DNA of 53,344 bases, counting the filler, from Squatina squatina (taxonomy: Eukaryota): assembly GCA_031763465.1 (NCBI GenBank). It is 3 parts of 3 records of this genome, joined end to end, with 100 filler letters (N's around TTAATTAATTAA, not from the genome) between each part and the next. Parts side by side here need not be neighbours in the genome. Positions count along the whole stretch, not along the records: positions 1 to 21,895 come from JARFOE010000121.1; 2 more parts are not named here. One strand, written 5' to 3'. Both the position numbers and the translations under genes were made by a program. The notes below the pieces were generated by a model. The model was not told the origin of the DNA. It ran no database searches and was given only the letters and a program-made list of their open reading frames with translations. Positions 1 through 12,960 of the stretch are shown here, in pieces; position 1 is the first letter of the stretch, and each line of letters opens with the position of its first letter.

Positions 1-9
1 CGATCAATT

Positions 10-160
10 GTTAATTTTAAATCGGAGATTGATAGCTTTCTGTAAGCCGAAGGTATTAAGGGATATGGGGCAAAGGCTGGTATATGGAGTTAGGTCACAG
101 ATCAGCCATGATCTCATTGAATGGCTCAAGGGGCTGAATGGTCTACTCCTGTTCCTATGT
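10..160 (+). mobile_element. CR1/HER1-type LINE 3' tail
   Basis: gatcagccatgatctcattgaatgg...ggctgaatggtctactcctgttcctatgt, a typical elasmobranch CR1 3' end. Confidence 0.8.
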
Positions 161-986
161 CTGTGCTGTACCTGTAAACTACTAGCTGCAGGAAATACCC
201 CAGATTCTATCCAATACTTGGACCAGAAGACCGAGAATAAGTTGTTTCCCTTACATGGACAAAGGCTATCTGCATAATCTGAGGAAAGAGAAGTAAATTC
301 ACTGATCACTCCAGTTTTATGATTTGTCCTTATGTATGCTTTCATTTCTCTGCCAGACCCTTTCAGGTTGAAACAGTACATTTTTCATTGAAGCTCAGTA
401 TAACTAAATAGATAATCAGGACACTTTTATAGAATATAAAACTAAGGGGTAATGATGAGCTAAGATAAACCTTAATATGACCTCAGGTAGAGTAGTGTTA
501 ACCTGGAAAAAATATTAAAACTATTTAGTCTACCATTATTTGCACTTAGGGTTCAAAACTCCTGTCTAAACTGCGAACAATCAGACAGGCCTATAGTACA
601 TCTGATGTTTGCGGTAATTAACTTATAACAAAAGGCTTTGAAGTGTGGTAAGCTGTGGAACCTCAATTTGACATCAGATAATCCAGAAATATATAATCAC
701 AAGGAGGATAATGATTACTTATAAATGAATTACAAGTCAGTTGCTGTCACGAGTAGATTATAATCATCATCTAAAGCAATCTGCCATTTTTCTGATCACT
801 TATGGCTGACTAACAGGTTCAAAAGTGGGTGTCACCAATCCAAAAACTTGGCAGAGATCTTTGATGTTATATTTTCACCCATTTAGTGCCCCATCTAATT
901 TTCCATTTGGGTTTTATACCGGTGCTGCAAGCACCTGCTGGTTTGCAGTTAATTATATTAAAATGTAGACATCTGTGCAGTTTCCT

Positions 987-1285
987 GGGGGTGAAATTCG
1001 GTAGCATCTTCGTAAAGGTGTTGCAAAAAATTGTAGCGCCTTAATCGTGCCTGGCCACGGAGGCGCTATAACATAGCGAAATTTGTTTATTTAAAAAGTA
1101 TTTTGGGGAGGCGCGTTCTGGAGGCGCAAAATCGGCAGTTAGGGCGTGAAGTGCAGAGGCGAGCTGCTGCCTGCAGAGACGAGGTGCACACGCAACAGTC
1201 CAGCCCCTGACTACAGGGTGAACCAGAAGATTGCAGAGTGAAGGAGGTGCCAGCACATTGAAGGAACTGATGCCAGATGAGAGCA
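987..1285 (+). mobile_element. GC-rich DNA-transposon end (Harbinger-like), cut by gap
   Basis: Begins GGGGGTGAAATT, similar to the reverse complement of the terminus at 13600; abrupt CpG-rich composition. Confidence 0.45.
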
Positions 1286-1791
1286 NNNNNNNNNNNNNNN
1301 NNNNNNNNNNNNNNNNNNNNNNNNNNNNNNNNNNNNNNNNNNNNNNNNNNNNNNNNNNNNNNNNNNNNNNNNNNNNNNNNNNNNNNNNNNNNNNNNNNNN
1401 NNNNNNNNNNNNNNNNNNNNNNNNNNNNNNNNNNNNNNNNNNNNNNNNNNNNNNNNNNNNNNNNNNNNNNNNNNNNNNNNNNNNNNNNNNNNNNNNNNNN
1501 NNNNNNNNNNNNNNNNNNNNNNNNNNNNNNNNNNNNNNNNNNNNNNNNNNNNNNNNNNNNNNNNNNNNNNNNNNNNNNNNNNNNNNNNNNNNNNNNNNNN
1601 NNNNNNNNNNNNNNNNNNNNNNNNNNNNNNNNNNNNNNNNNNNNNNNNNNNNNNNNNNNNNNNNNNNNNNNNNNNNNNNNNNNNNNNNNNNNNNNNNNNN
1701 NNNNNNNNNNNNNNNNNNNNNNNNNNNNNNNNNNNNNNNNNNNNNNNNNNNNNNNNNNNNNNNNNNNNNNNNNNNNNNNNNNNNNNNNNNN

Positions 1792-1910
1792 GGCAGCAGA
1801 CGCATGGGAACAGCACCACCTCCAAGTTCCCCTCCAAGTCACACACCATCCTGACTTGGAAATATATCAGCCGTACCTTCATCACTGGGTCAAAATCCTG
1901 GAGCTCCCAA
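1792..1910 (+). mobile_element. 3' part of a non-CR1 LINE common in sharks
   Basis: catgggaacagcaccacctccaagttcccctccaagtcacacaccatcctgacttggaaatatatc...tcaaaatcctgg, recognised as a shark LINE 3' region. Confidence 0.65.
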
Positions 1911-2947
1911 GCTAAAGCATAGACAAGGCCATTAAAAAAGCAAAGGGGATTGTGGGTTTGTATGTAGAGGCAAGGTTTTAATGTCCGATATGAAGCCTTT
2001 GAGTAGGTCACCGGTGGAGTGTTGAGCACAATTTTGGACACACTTTCATGGGAACGTCACCACTCTCCAAGAAGTTAGACAAGAGTTAAAATGTTGACCG
2101 ATGGAAGGTGGGAGCAAAAGGCCAGTACTCTGCCATATTTTAACCCCCAGGAACATTCTGTACTTGCTGGGCTCAGGAGGTTAAGATCAAGCCTTATATG
2201 TGAGTCCTAGGCTGTTATTTTAATGGAGGGCACGTATTATATATGCACTGCGTTATACACGAGTACGTTGCACAGGGGAAATACAGCTGGAGGTGGTGAA
2301 AGCCCACTGGATATAACTGGGGCAGAGGAGGGCGAGGAGGGGCTGTTTCATCTTCCTAAAGAGTGTAAGATGCCCACCACATAATAAGTGCACTTCACAG
2401 TTTTAGATATGCCAAATATTCCTTAGTAGTTTACTTTGCATATGCAAAACAACTCATGATAATGTTTAATCATTTTAATTATAAAGATATATGAAGTAAA
2501 TACCATACTACAGTCCATTCCTCAATTTAAAGTAGACTAATTCAAATTACTAGATAATTCAATTATTTTTGCACTTTTTGACATTGTCATTTTAGTTGTG
2601 TTGGTTAATTTGAATTACTGAATAATTAATTTTTGTGCCAAAATGACTTTGAATAATCAGAAATAAAGTGCATCAACAAAAAATGATGGATCTGAGTGAT
2701 GACTATTTTTTCTATTTATCCTTTTCTATCTTCAATACACAGTACTGAAAAGTAAATTCTCCCTGCCAAGTGAAACAGTTACCGAATAAAGATATGTTTC
2801 TAATCTNNNNNNNNNNACACTGAGATATCAAACATTGCGAGACTGTATGAAGCTGTATTCATCTATAGATTATATTCAAAATGTAACCAAAGGTTTTTCT
2901 TTCCACAATAACGGGTTGCGCACCAGTGACTGAGAACAGCTACTTAC

Positions 2948-3000
2948 CTCCTGCCTATACCTTAATGTAGAAACAGATCCAGACTGTGACCCGGCAACAT
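2948..3000 (-). CDS. PLEKHA5: PLEKHA5 internal coding exon (53 bp; VAGSQSGSVSTLRYRQE)
   Basis: ttcttag acceptor and GAG|gtaagt donor. STLRYRQE resembles human PLEKHA5 STVKYKNE. Same strand and expected order relative to the other PLEKHA5 exons. Confidence 0.7.
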
Positions 3001-3229
3001 CTAAGAACAGAAGCAAAAATAAAATGGAGATGCTTTGTAGCCACCGTAGTTTTGAATCAAATCCTTCTAAAATTTGCTAGTATTTGGATCTAAAATTTGT
3101 ACTCTATTCTGGAAAATGTTGTTTGCAAAAAGTTACTTAAATAATAACGTCCAAAGAGTGCCCTCCATCTTCTACAAATTTTAGATAAAGATTATAGATG
3201 AGCACACACTGTACTTGTTTTCTTCTTTA

Positions 3230-3594
3230 TTTTCTATGCAGACTAAGAACAAGAATGATCCTAAGTGTAAAAGGGGTGAGTCAGGCGAAAAGTTCAGAGA
3301 GGCTTTAGTCAACAGAGTGAAACTCACTAAGGTATATAAAGTATTAATGGCATAGATAAAATGAGCCCGAAAAATTGCTTCAAGAGAAATCAGTAGGGCC
3401 AGCGGAATTTAATGAAAAACAATGTAAACGAATAGTCAGACATACGGGGTAAAAGCTTCATCGCTTAAAAGAGGGGAAACAAGTTTGCAGAATCAACGGC
3501 ATTAAGGGTGTTCAAATTGCATTTATGTACAAGGCTGGGTGAAATACGAGTGCCAGACAGATGGGCTTTGATGGGGTAAATGGCCTTTTCTTGT
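3230..3594 (+). mobile_element. Degenerate CR1 LINE 3' fragment
   Basis: Decayed ORF2 end (aaggtatataaagtatt...atagataaa) and tail gggctttgatggggtaaatggccttttc. Confidence 0.5.
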
Positions 3595-4007
3595 TNNNNN
3601 NNNNNNNNNNNNNNNNNNNNNNNNNNNNNNNNNNNNNNNNNNNNNNNNNNNNNNNNNNNNNNNNNNNNNNNNNNNNNNNNNNNNNNNNNNNNNNNGTTTT
3701 ATTTCATTTCCCAGTCCAAATGAGATTAGATTCAGACTGGAGCTCGTCAGAATTTAGTCTATACAATTCCAAAACCAGATCTAAAACATATGGGAGCATC
3801 TTCAGCAGAGATTGCAGTAAAGCATAACGTATCTTGTGGATGGTAAAATAAGCCATGCCAACACTGTTGCAGCATGGTTCAAATGCATGGATGAATGTCA
3901 CTGAAGTAAAATAAGAACTCTAGGGTATGATTCAAGTGTAATAAACTGAAAGCTGCCACACACAGGGCTCTGTGATTAAGCAAAGCAACCAATATCCAAG
4001 ACCTTAC

Positions 4008-4088
4008 TTGCTTGTATACTTGTGGCCTTGGTGCCGAGTTCTCAATCATAGTGTGAACCGTGGCGATTAAAGGTTCATTTTCTTTCAT
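4008..4088 (-). CDS. PLEKHA5: PLEKHA5 long-isoform exon (81 bp; MKENEPLIATVHTMIENSAPRPQVYKQ)
   Basis: ag|ATG acceptor, CAA|gtaagg donor, phase 0-0. Closely matches recalled human long-isoform MKENEPIITMVHTMIENSALRPQLYQQ. Confidence 0.88.
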
Positions 4089-5004
4089 CTATTTCAAATC
4101 AGGAGGAGCATACAGTAAACATCAGTTTACAGCATGGCTGGATTTAAAAGATGAAACAGACAGATTTTATTGTGTTTTACAGTCCTTTGTTTCACTATTA
4201 CCGTCTAGGTAATCTGCACGTTTTGAAAATTACCGCAACTATTGTTTAAAAAAAGTGACAATTATGATGTTCGCAAAAGACACTGTCAGAAATGCTGCTC
4301 CTTTTAATTTTACTGGCCAAGTAATCACTGATGCATCTCTCTCGGTCATTACTCCTTTACTTTATCCTATTCAACTAATCTGTTATTAAACTTTACAATG
4401 TTATGGATAAATTATCATTGGGTTGAGGAATTGCTACCAAAGCTACGAGTTTGCCTCTGAAGGTGTAAAAGGTTTTGATTTTGGAGTGCAAAGTGAACTC
4501 AGGAACAATTGAATGAAACTGTTGAACATTTCTCCTCAAAAAATTCACAAACTTTTGAATGTCAGCAAGTGGACCCAAAATACCCAAATACAAATCAGTT
4601 AGCAAGGAGTGGATAGAAACATACATTCAACCCATCGGCACAAAAACCTGCAAATATTATTTTTGGATGTCAAGTAGATTGTACTTAACAGGTCGAAACA
4701 GAAAAAGTTCAAGCATTAAAACTTAGACTAAGGGGCTTCTAAAACAAACCCCAGAGTCAGTCTTGCCTCTTATTTCCCTGAATACAAAAACTGAGCAAAT
4801 AGAAAATAATACAATTAAGTGTAGTCAAAAATCATGTACACTTACACTTTTGATATATATTTGCAACTGATCAGCTATATGGATAGTTATAAAAAGAGCT
4901 GCATTAACATAGCAAGCAAGATGTTAGCTGGTAACAGTTCTGTTGCTTTGAATGTATAGTAATATTTGGAAGAATGTATAGTAACGATTTGGAAGAATGG
5001 CAAC

Positions 5005-5460
5005 AATGCTTGCTGAGATATCAAATTGCAAGGAGCAGTAAATAATAGGGAACAAGCAAACGCAATTACACAGTGATCTTGTTAGGTTGGGAGATTGAGC
5101 AAAATAATGACAGATGGCGTTTAATGTAGATAAATAAAGTTATGAAGCTGGGGAAGTGAAACAAATAGAGAGTGTATAAAATAAATTGGAAAAGTACAAG
5201 AAAATGACAGAAGGATTAGGGGCGAGGTTAAGCAGAAATTACAGTTAAACTGTCAGCACAATTTGTAGTGGCGAAAAGGATTGGGGTGCACAGCTTGAAG
5301 TATTGAGTACAAGTTCTAAGCAGTGATAATTAGTTTGTAGAAAGCATTAGTCCACCCTCATCTTCAGTATTGTGCGCAGTTCTGAGCAGCGTCCTACAGG
5401 GGGAACATCCTGTTCTTGGGAGGAAGTATAAAGCAGGACAAGTAATTTGATAAACGAGAT
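5005..5460 (+). mobile_element. Old CR1 LINE RT/thumb fragment
   Basis: Decayed LQSDLVRL..W..QMAFNVDK and LVHPHLQYCAQF motifs. Confidence 0.65.
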
Positions 5461-6185
5461 TAAACATCTGTGCTCTTNNNNNNNNNNNNNNNNNNNNNNN
5501 NNNNNNNNNNNNNNNNNNNNNNNNNNNNNNNNNNNNNNNNNNNNNNNNNNNNNNNNNNNNNNNNNNNNNNNNNNNNNTGAAAAAGATTACTGAAGGGGTT
5601 TTAGATACTACAAAGCAAATTAAAAAAATGGAAATCAGTTTACAAGTCTGATCATAAAATTCGGTGGACAACACATTGGGAGGATTTCATCAACTAGGTT
5701 TGTGTTTGGCAAATTTGTAAAAAGAGTTTTGCGTTTTATTCAAAAGAAATTAATATTTTCAGCATAATGCTATGGTGAAATGCTTGAAACTCAGGCAAAA
5801 TACTTCTTTTTCCTGCAGTAAGAGGTAAAATATGGAGTTTTCTAGTTTTCCATTTTATTATTTGAGCACTTAAAATCAAAAGTTAAATTGTTTTATGGAG
5901 CTATAACTGATTCAATAATATCATCTCTTACCTCCCACAACAGCCAGAAGTTTATAAACAAAAGATTTTTTTTTCAGTTGAAGAGAAAGAATCTCCACAA
6001 AATCCTAAATACTAACACAAGGAAATGCATGTATACATACTGGTGTGCCTCAGTCCTCCCTTTTGATGGAGATTTTATAAAATTTCCTCCTCTATTATGA
6101 CAGCACATTGTGTTTCTCTAATTAGGCAGAAGCCTCTATGTAAAATGTCTGCTCACAGTTAGCCAGTGAAAGTATAAACTACAGG

Positions 6186-6810
6186 AATCATAAAATGGTT
6201 ACAGTATGGAAGGAGGCCATTCGATCTGTCGAGCCCGTGCCGGCTCCCTGCAAGAGAACTTCAGCTAGTCCCATGCCCCCGCCCTTTCCCCGTAGCCCTG
6301 CAAAATTTTTTCTTTCAGGTACTTATCCAACTCCGTTTTGAAATCAGTGATTGAGTCTGCCTCCACCATCCTTTCAGGCAGTGCGTTCCAGATCCTAACC
6401 ACTCGCTGTGTAAAAATGTTTTTCCTCGTGTCACTTTCATTTCTTTGGTCAAACACCTTAAATCTGTGTCCTCTTGTTCTTGACCCTTCTGCCAATGGGA
6501 ACAGTTTCTCTCTATCTACTCTGTGTAGACTGCTCATAATTTTGAACACCTCTATCAAATCTTCTCTCAACCTTCTCTGCTATAAGGAGAACAACCTCAG
6601 CTTCTCTAGTTTATCCATCTAACTGATGTCCCTCACCCTTGCAATCATTCTCATAAATCTTTTCTGCACCCTCTGTAAGGCCTTCACATCTTTCCTAATG
6701 TGTGGTGCCCAGAATTGGACACAATACTCCAGTTAAGGCCAAACCAGAGTTTTATAAAGGTTCATCATAACTTCCTTGCTTTTGTACTCAATGTCTCTAT
6801 TTATAAAGTT
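6186..6810 (-). mobile_element. CR1 LINE 3' fragment
   Basis: ORF REDLIEVFKIM...RTRGHRFK...FTQRVVRIWNALP plus 3' tail. Confidence 0.92.
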
Positions 6811-7164
6811 CTTTCTAATGCTTGTCTCTGGCCACTCTGATAACACCAAACACAGGGAGCATCCCAGTGGCTCCAATGCAAGCTCAAGAAGTGCAACTTC
6901 CAACTAGCCTGTTGTTCTGTTACTACCCAATCGAGGAGGACCCTGCTACAAACTGGCAATTCAATGTTGACCAGGCGCACCATTGCATGGCACCAGCTCC
7001 TTCAGGTGGGTAGTGAGCAAGTGATGGAGTTTTTTGATTATTCGGGCAGGTCAGCACAAGACATACCAGATTAGGTCAGTTTTGTCTTCTACAATACCTC
7101 AAGGCCGGCAGATAATAGAGAAAATGTATCAGACATGTAGTTGGCATAGTCTGTAGTTCATGCT

Positions 7165-7312
7165 ACTTTAAGATGCTCCTTAAAACCTATCTCTTTGACC
7201 AAGCTGTTGGTCACCTGCCCTAATATTTGCTCATGTGGCTCAGTGTCAATTTTTGTCTGAAAATGCTCCTGAGCATCACCTTTGGAAATTTTATTGCATA
7301 AAGGCACTATAT
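7165..7312 (+). mobile_element. L2 LINE 3' tail
   Basis: cttaaaacctatctctttgaccaagc...aaaggcactatata, an L2-type terminus. Confidence 0.7.
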
Positions 7313-7912
7313 AGAATGTTAGAAATTTACAGCACAGAAGGAGGCCCTTTGGCCCATTATGTCTGTGTTGACCAAAAAAAAACTTTCCAGCACTTGGTCC
7401 GTAGACCTGTAGGTTAGGGCACTTCAAGTGCACATGCAAGTACTTTTTAAATGCTATGAAGGTTCCTGCCTCTACCACCCTTTCAGGCAGTGAGTTCCAG
7501 ACCACTACCACCCTCTGGGTGAAAAATGTTCTTCACGAATCCCCTTTAATCCTTCTACCAATTACCTTAAATCTATGCCCCCTGGTTATTGACCCCTCTG
7601 CTAAGAGAAATAGGCCCTTCCTATGCACTCTATCTAGACTCCTCATAATTTTATACATCTCAATTAAGTGTCACCTCAGTCTCCTCTGTTCCAAAGAAAA
7701 CAACCCCAGCCTATCACAGCTAAAATTCTCTAATCCAGGCAACATCCTCGTAAATCTCCTCTGAACCCTCTCTAGTGCAATCACATCCTTCCTGTAATGT
7801 GGTGACCAGAACTGCACGCAATACTCCAGCTGTGGCCTAACTAGTGTTTTATACCGTTCAAGCATAACCTCCCTGCTCTTATAATCTATGCCTCAGCTAA
7901 TAAAGGCAAGTA
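7313..7912 (-). mobile_element. CR1 LINE 3' fragment
   Basis: YKTLVRPQLEYCVQFWSPHYRKDVIALERVQRRFTRMLPGL. Confidence 0.93.
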
Positions 7913-8554
7913 NNNNNNNNNNNNNNNNNNNNNNNNNNNNNNNNNNNNNNNNNNNNNNNNNNNNNNNNNNNNNNNNNNNNNNNNNNNNNNNNNNNNNNNN
8001 NNNNNNNNNNNNTGAGGTCATCTCTGTTGAACAAGTAATTTTTAAGTTCCAAAATTATCTCATTTGTTTCTTTTTATGGGGAGTGGGTGTATTCAGAAGA
8101 GATGAACAGCAACAAAGCATCAGAAACCTGGACTGGAATCATTAGCAGATTAAATAGTTTCCAAAATTCTCTCCATTTGGGAAGGGGGTTATTTGCTGCC
8201 AGGTCAGTCGAGATATTCTTGGTGGCACATAAAAGTAAGCCATGCACTGGGAAACTAAAGAAGATGAAAAATTCATTTCTAGTACTCCCACCTGATAATC
8301 CAAATACACGAGGTTTCTTTGAAGGTGATGAGTGAGGATATCATTCTAACAGGCAGCAATAAATAAGAACAAAGAATGTAAAATAAGAAAGAAGAGGAAC
8401 AGCAGCAGAGGATAATCTATTTAAAAAGAAATACCAGGAATTAAAGGAAACGTGTTCACTGACACTACAAGGTTGCATCTGTATCACTCAATTTAGTAAA
8501 CAGCAACCCATTCATAAATGAAAAGGCAAAGCCAGGTTTAAACACTTTCTTGAA

Positions 8555-8690
8555 AAGTACATTAATCACCCTTGAACAAGAGAAACATGAAAAGGAAAAA
8601 CTTGCAGGGCTACAGGGAAAGAGCAGAGGAGTGGGTATGATCGGTGGCTCTTTCAAAGCTGGATGGCCTCCCTTCTGTGCTGTCTGATTT
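8555..8690 (+). mobile_element. CR1 3' tail fragment
   Basis: cttgcagggctacagggaaagagcag...ctctttcaaagc...ggcctccttctgtgctg. Confidence 0.65.
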
Positions 8691-9580
8691 AAAAATGGTA
8701 AGTAGTGTGTTGGGTGAAATGGGCACTTGCAGCACAAGTTTGGCTGTAGCAGTTTAGTACAAAGTCACAAAAGTAAGACATTTCCCTCCCAGATGCAGTT
8801 CACAGAACAATCAGTTTAAGCGCACACACATTCAGGTACAAAATCGATAAGTTCAGCATTTTATTTTTGATCTCCNNNNNNNNNNNNNNNNNNNNNNNNN
8901 NNNNNNNNNNNNNNNNNNNNNNNNNNNNNNNNNNNNNNNNNNNNNNNNNNNNNNNNNNNNNNNNNNNNNNNNNNNTACATTAGTAATATTTTCACTATGC
9001 ATGTCTTGGGTTTTTTTCCCTCATTTAGTTCCTTTGGGAATTCACCATGTACAAACCAAGAGCACCATCAGACGACCAATACTCAACCCCTCACCAAGGA
9101 CATTCCATAACGGATTTATGGACGGTGCATTAGACTGGGCCAGGAGGTTCTGCCTTCAATACTTTGGATGAAGGTTCTTAAGTGTCTAGCAAAGACTGGG
9201 AATGTGATAGTTGAGGAATTTTTAAAAAAATCAATGAATGATAAAGTACATTTTCCATTGTACAGTAGTACTGTATTTCAATAGAACATTGCATGCCAGT
9301 GAATTATGAAGTTTCAATACAACCTCAAGTATTCCCCCCTTGGAAATGGATAGCCCCCACCCCAAAAGAAACATTAGCAGCCAGATTAGTTTTGATTTCA
9401 CAAAATTTTCACTCTTCACAAAAGATGACAACATTTTGCAGCTGTATCTTCCTGGTACAAGAGCATACCATTGTATTTAATACAATACACAAAATTTAAG
9501 CCTCAAAATTAGCAGTGCTGAATCTAGATTTCAAGAATGGTGCTTCAGAACGAATGGCAAAACCAAGGAAGCTGTTTTAC

Positions 9581-10058
9581 CCTGTTGATAGGTGTCCTGT
9601 GCCGCCGAGACTTAATGGAATCAATGGTCAGGTCTCCTCTTAAAACAGGTGACGGTATTTCTAATCTTGATTCAACGTTGTAGGATCTCAGGGGAGAGTA
9701 TACCTGGTATGGGGCGAGTGAACCGTGGGAAGGTGATGGAGGAATAGAGCGTGACTGTTCGACAATATTCACCATGGTGACAGGAGTACTTAGAGTACCA
9801 TGCCTGCTGAGTGTTCCATGCTTATGATAGACTTGGCGCTGTTGCCATTCATACAGTTGCCACATGGTATCATCCCGGATTGACTTCCGTTTTTCTTCTG
9901 ATGAAGGTGGTCGAAGCACCCTATCATATGCAGAAGGCGACACTGTACAGATGCTGTCAGGTCTTGTCGTACTGTGACGAGGCATTGTTCTGTAACATGG
10001 CATGGCCTGAGCCCGATAGCTTGGCAAGTTTCTTGGTAGTGTTTGGTAACAGGTGATG
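9581..10058 (-). CDS. PLEKHA5: PLEKHA5 large internal exon (478 bp; ITCYQTLPRN...EEKRKSIRDDTMWQLYEWQQRQ...RRHRTPINR)
   Basis: ttcatttgcag acceptor, AGG|gtaaaa donor. Contains the PLEKHA5 motifs DDTMWQLYEWQQRQ and SPSHGS. Phase 2 start joins in frame with the 11829-12326 exon (AG|C = Ser). Confidence 0.95.
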
Positions 10059-10124
10059 CTGCAAATGAACAGAATATTATTTAATCCGTTTTACCCTATT
10101 CTATTTAGATCCAGAAAGCTATCA

Positions 10125-10985
10125 ACCTTGAAGAGGTAACAGAGAGAGTAAACAATGGCAATGCAGTAGATGCAATTTATCTAGATTTTCAAAAGGCCTT
10201 TGATAAGGTACCCCATAATAGACGGATGAATAAGGTCAGAGAATGCGGAGTCAGAGGACAAGTAGCAGAATGGATAGCTATCTGGCTGAAGGACAGAAAG
10301 CAGAGAGTAGTTGCAAAATGTAGCTATTCAGAGTGGCAGAAGGTCCCACAAGGATCAGTGCTGGGACCACTTTTGTTCACAATTTATATTAATGATTTAG
10401 ACTTTGGAATCAAAAACACAATTTCTAAATTTGTGGATGACACCAAATTGGGGGGATAGTCAATACGGAGAAGAACTGCAACAAATTACAAGAAGACATT
10501 AATAACAATGCAGAATGGGGATATTATTAGCAAATGAGTTTCAACACAGATAAATGTGAGGTATTACATTTTGGTAGGAAGAATAGGGAGGCCACTTATG
10601 AGTCTGGGTGGGGTAGAGGAGCAAAGGAATCTCCAAGTACAAATATGCAAATTGCTAAAAGTAGCGACACAGGTTAACAAGTTGATAAAAAAGCAAAGCA
10701 AGCACTAGGGTTTATTTCTAGATGGATAGAATTGAAAAATAGTGAAGCTATGCTAAACTTGTATCGAATCTTGGTTAGACCACACTTAGAGTAGTGCATA
10801 CAGTTCTGGTTGCCATATTAGAAAAAGGATTTGGCGGCACTGGAGAGGGTGCAGAGAAGGTTTACAAGGGTGATACCTGAAATGCAAGGGTATACCGATC
10901 AGGGAAGGATGAACAGGCTGAGTCTCTTTTTCTCTTGAAAAGAGAAGGCGAAGGGGTGACCTAATAGAGGTCTTCAGAATTGTGC
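10125..10985 (+). mobile_element. CR1 LINE reverse-transcriptase fragment (frameshifted)
   Basis: [51 protein letters not shown] motifs. Confidence 0.95.
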
Positions 10986-11300
10986 ATGAGAAAATATCCA
11001 TCAGCTGGAACTTGGTCCTTTAACGTGCTACGATTTCATCAATAACTGGAACCAACAAGATGTCCAGTTTTGCCCGCAATCCTCCCACCATCTGTCAGTT
11101 AATTTGCAATAGAGGCCACTGAATCTTCTTAGAGGCTTCAGTTATTAGGTTCCACCTCCTTATCTTGCTCCTCTTCAAGTACTTGTTGTGAACTTTTGAG
11201 TATGGTTCCTTAGTTCCTGTATTCCATCTTCTATGCTATGCAGCCATCCAGCATTTGTAGTTGCAATTCATACATACAGGTTCAGTGTCCACAGAAGTTT

Positions 11301-11487
11301 GGGGGTTATTTTCACCTAAGCCACATGTTGGGAAATTGATGGAATTGTGTGCAATGCTGGTTTTACATCCTGCCTGATTTTACTCTCCTTTAAAGTCAAC
11401 AGAGAGTAATATTTGAGCAGGATATAAAACTGGTGCACTCCCCATTCCTATCGGCTTACCGCCGGGAGGGTTAGGTAAAAATTGCCC
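11301..11487. mobile_element. Palindromic MITE (Harbinger/T2-like)
   Basis: Terminal ggggttattttcacctaa pairs with ttaggtaaaaattgccc; inner arms gttttacatcctgc...tactctc and gagagta...gcaggatataaaac flank a central aaagtcaac; TAA follows the right end. Confidence 0.7.
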
Positions 11488-11828
11488 TAAGATCTCTTTA
11501 AACTGACCCACCCTAGAACTTAATCTCAGTTCTTCTTCATGCCTATTTTTTTTTTGCTGACCTTACACAAGATCAGCCATGACCTTGTAGGACTTATCTC
11601 TTTTATTTTTTAGTCCTGGGAACAGGCTTCTAGATTTTTTTGGACAAAATGAGCCAGTCACACTAAAGGTTTAATTAAAAATCTCTTCAGTTTATTTTAT
11701 TGGTACAAATAACCTGAATTATACAGNNNNNNNNNNNNNNNNNNNNNNNNNNNNNNNNNNNNNNNNNNNNNNNNNNNNNNNNNNNNNNNNNNNNNNNNNN
11801 NNNNNNNNNNNNNNNNNNNNNNNNNNAC

Positions 11829-12326
11829 CTCCTGGGCTCTTCATCTTGGCCTTTTCCTTTCTGTGTTCTCACCCACTGCTCCAACTGCAACATTGAATTA
11901 GTCCTTTGAATGCCCCTTCCAGTGTCATTTGGACTAACCAGTCTTTCTCTTCCAGTGTCCACATTTTCCACAGGAACACAGATGGGACTAACTGGGCTTC
12001 GATCATTAGAACCATTTGCATGCAGAGATTTGTACTGTTGAGATTGAATATTGCTGGTACCTGGCATGACATTTGCACCCTCGGATTTTGCAGGTTTCAG
12101 TTTTATACTATTGATTTTATTCAAAGGCTTGTGCTGGTCCAGCCCATCTGTTTCAAAACCGTATTTGTCACTATGAGTGATGTCTGTATTGTCTATTGGT
12201 TGAAGACCCAAAGTGGGGTCTATATTTTTCTGGTTGTTCTGAAGTTCAGGCTTCACTAACATTTTGTGGTTTGCAACGTGGTTAACCTCTTGGGGCGGTA
12301 CAATTTCAGATGTTACTTTTTCAGCC
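11829..12326 (-). CDS. PLEKHA5: PLEKHA5 post-PH-domain exon (498 bp; AEKVTSE...IQRTNSMLQLEQWVRTQKGKGQDEEPR)
   Basis: Polypyrimidine tract plus cccacag acceptor; donor GT directly beside a gap. Matches human VDKITSE...KYGFQKDG...IQRTNSMQQLEQWIKIQKG. Confidence 0.95.
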
Positions 12327-12960
12327 CTGTGGGTGTGAGAGAGAGACAGAATAAGAGCATGTTTGTCACCCACACCATGCAACATTGTTCAGCAACCTTT
12401 GTTCTATAATGATGCAGATTTTTAAAAAAAACTTTGCCTTGAAGTAAGCACCGTCTTGACCTCAATCGCACACCGCCTTCCCCACTAGCAAGCATTACAG
12501 GTGAAACTGATTCATGCACCAGTGATATTAAAAGCACACTAGCTTACGAGACAAAAAGGTAACTGATCCTGAACCAGATGCTGTTGCACATTTTTTTCTA
12601 GAATTTCTGCTAATATCCAGAGTTATGTTGCTTGCTTAACTGAACCTACACCAACTTGAAAGTACCATCAGTGAAACTTTGTGCCCTCTGCAATGTGGGC
12701 ACAAATTCCAGCAGCGTAATCTCACAGGGCATTAAATCAACAGACTGAGGGCAATATTAAGACTCTAGTGAGTGGTTATAGGAATAGGAAGTAAATTCCT
12801 CTTAAGAGGAAGAGGAACCTTTTGGGCCCTTGTGGTCAAAGCAAACCCTTCCTCTCCAAANNNNNNNNNNNNNNNNNNNNNNNNNNNNNNNNNNNNNNNN
12901 NNNNNNNNNNNNNNNNNNNNNNNNNNNNNNNNNNNNNNNNNNNNNNNNNNNNNNNNNNNN

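Noticed and set aside
171-277. Exon-like segment on the minus strand (DYADSLCPCKGNN...)
   Set aside because: Splice-like ends, but no similarity to PLEKHA5 or any protein I recognise.
1041-2041. Long ORFs containing X runs (also 42272-43259 and many shorter ones)
   Set aside because: Artefacts of translating through N gaps.
3704-3780. Possible alternative terminal PLEKHA5 exon (ttttag acceptor, TGA, AATAAA)
   Set aside because: The open frame needs phase 1, but the upstream exon ends in phase 0; no recognisable homology.
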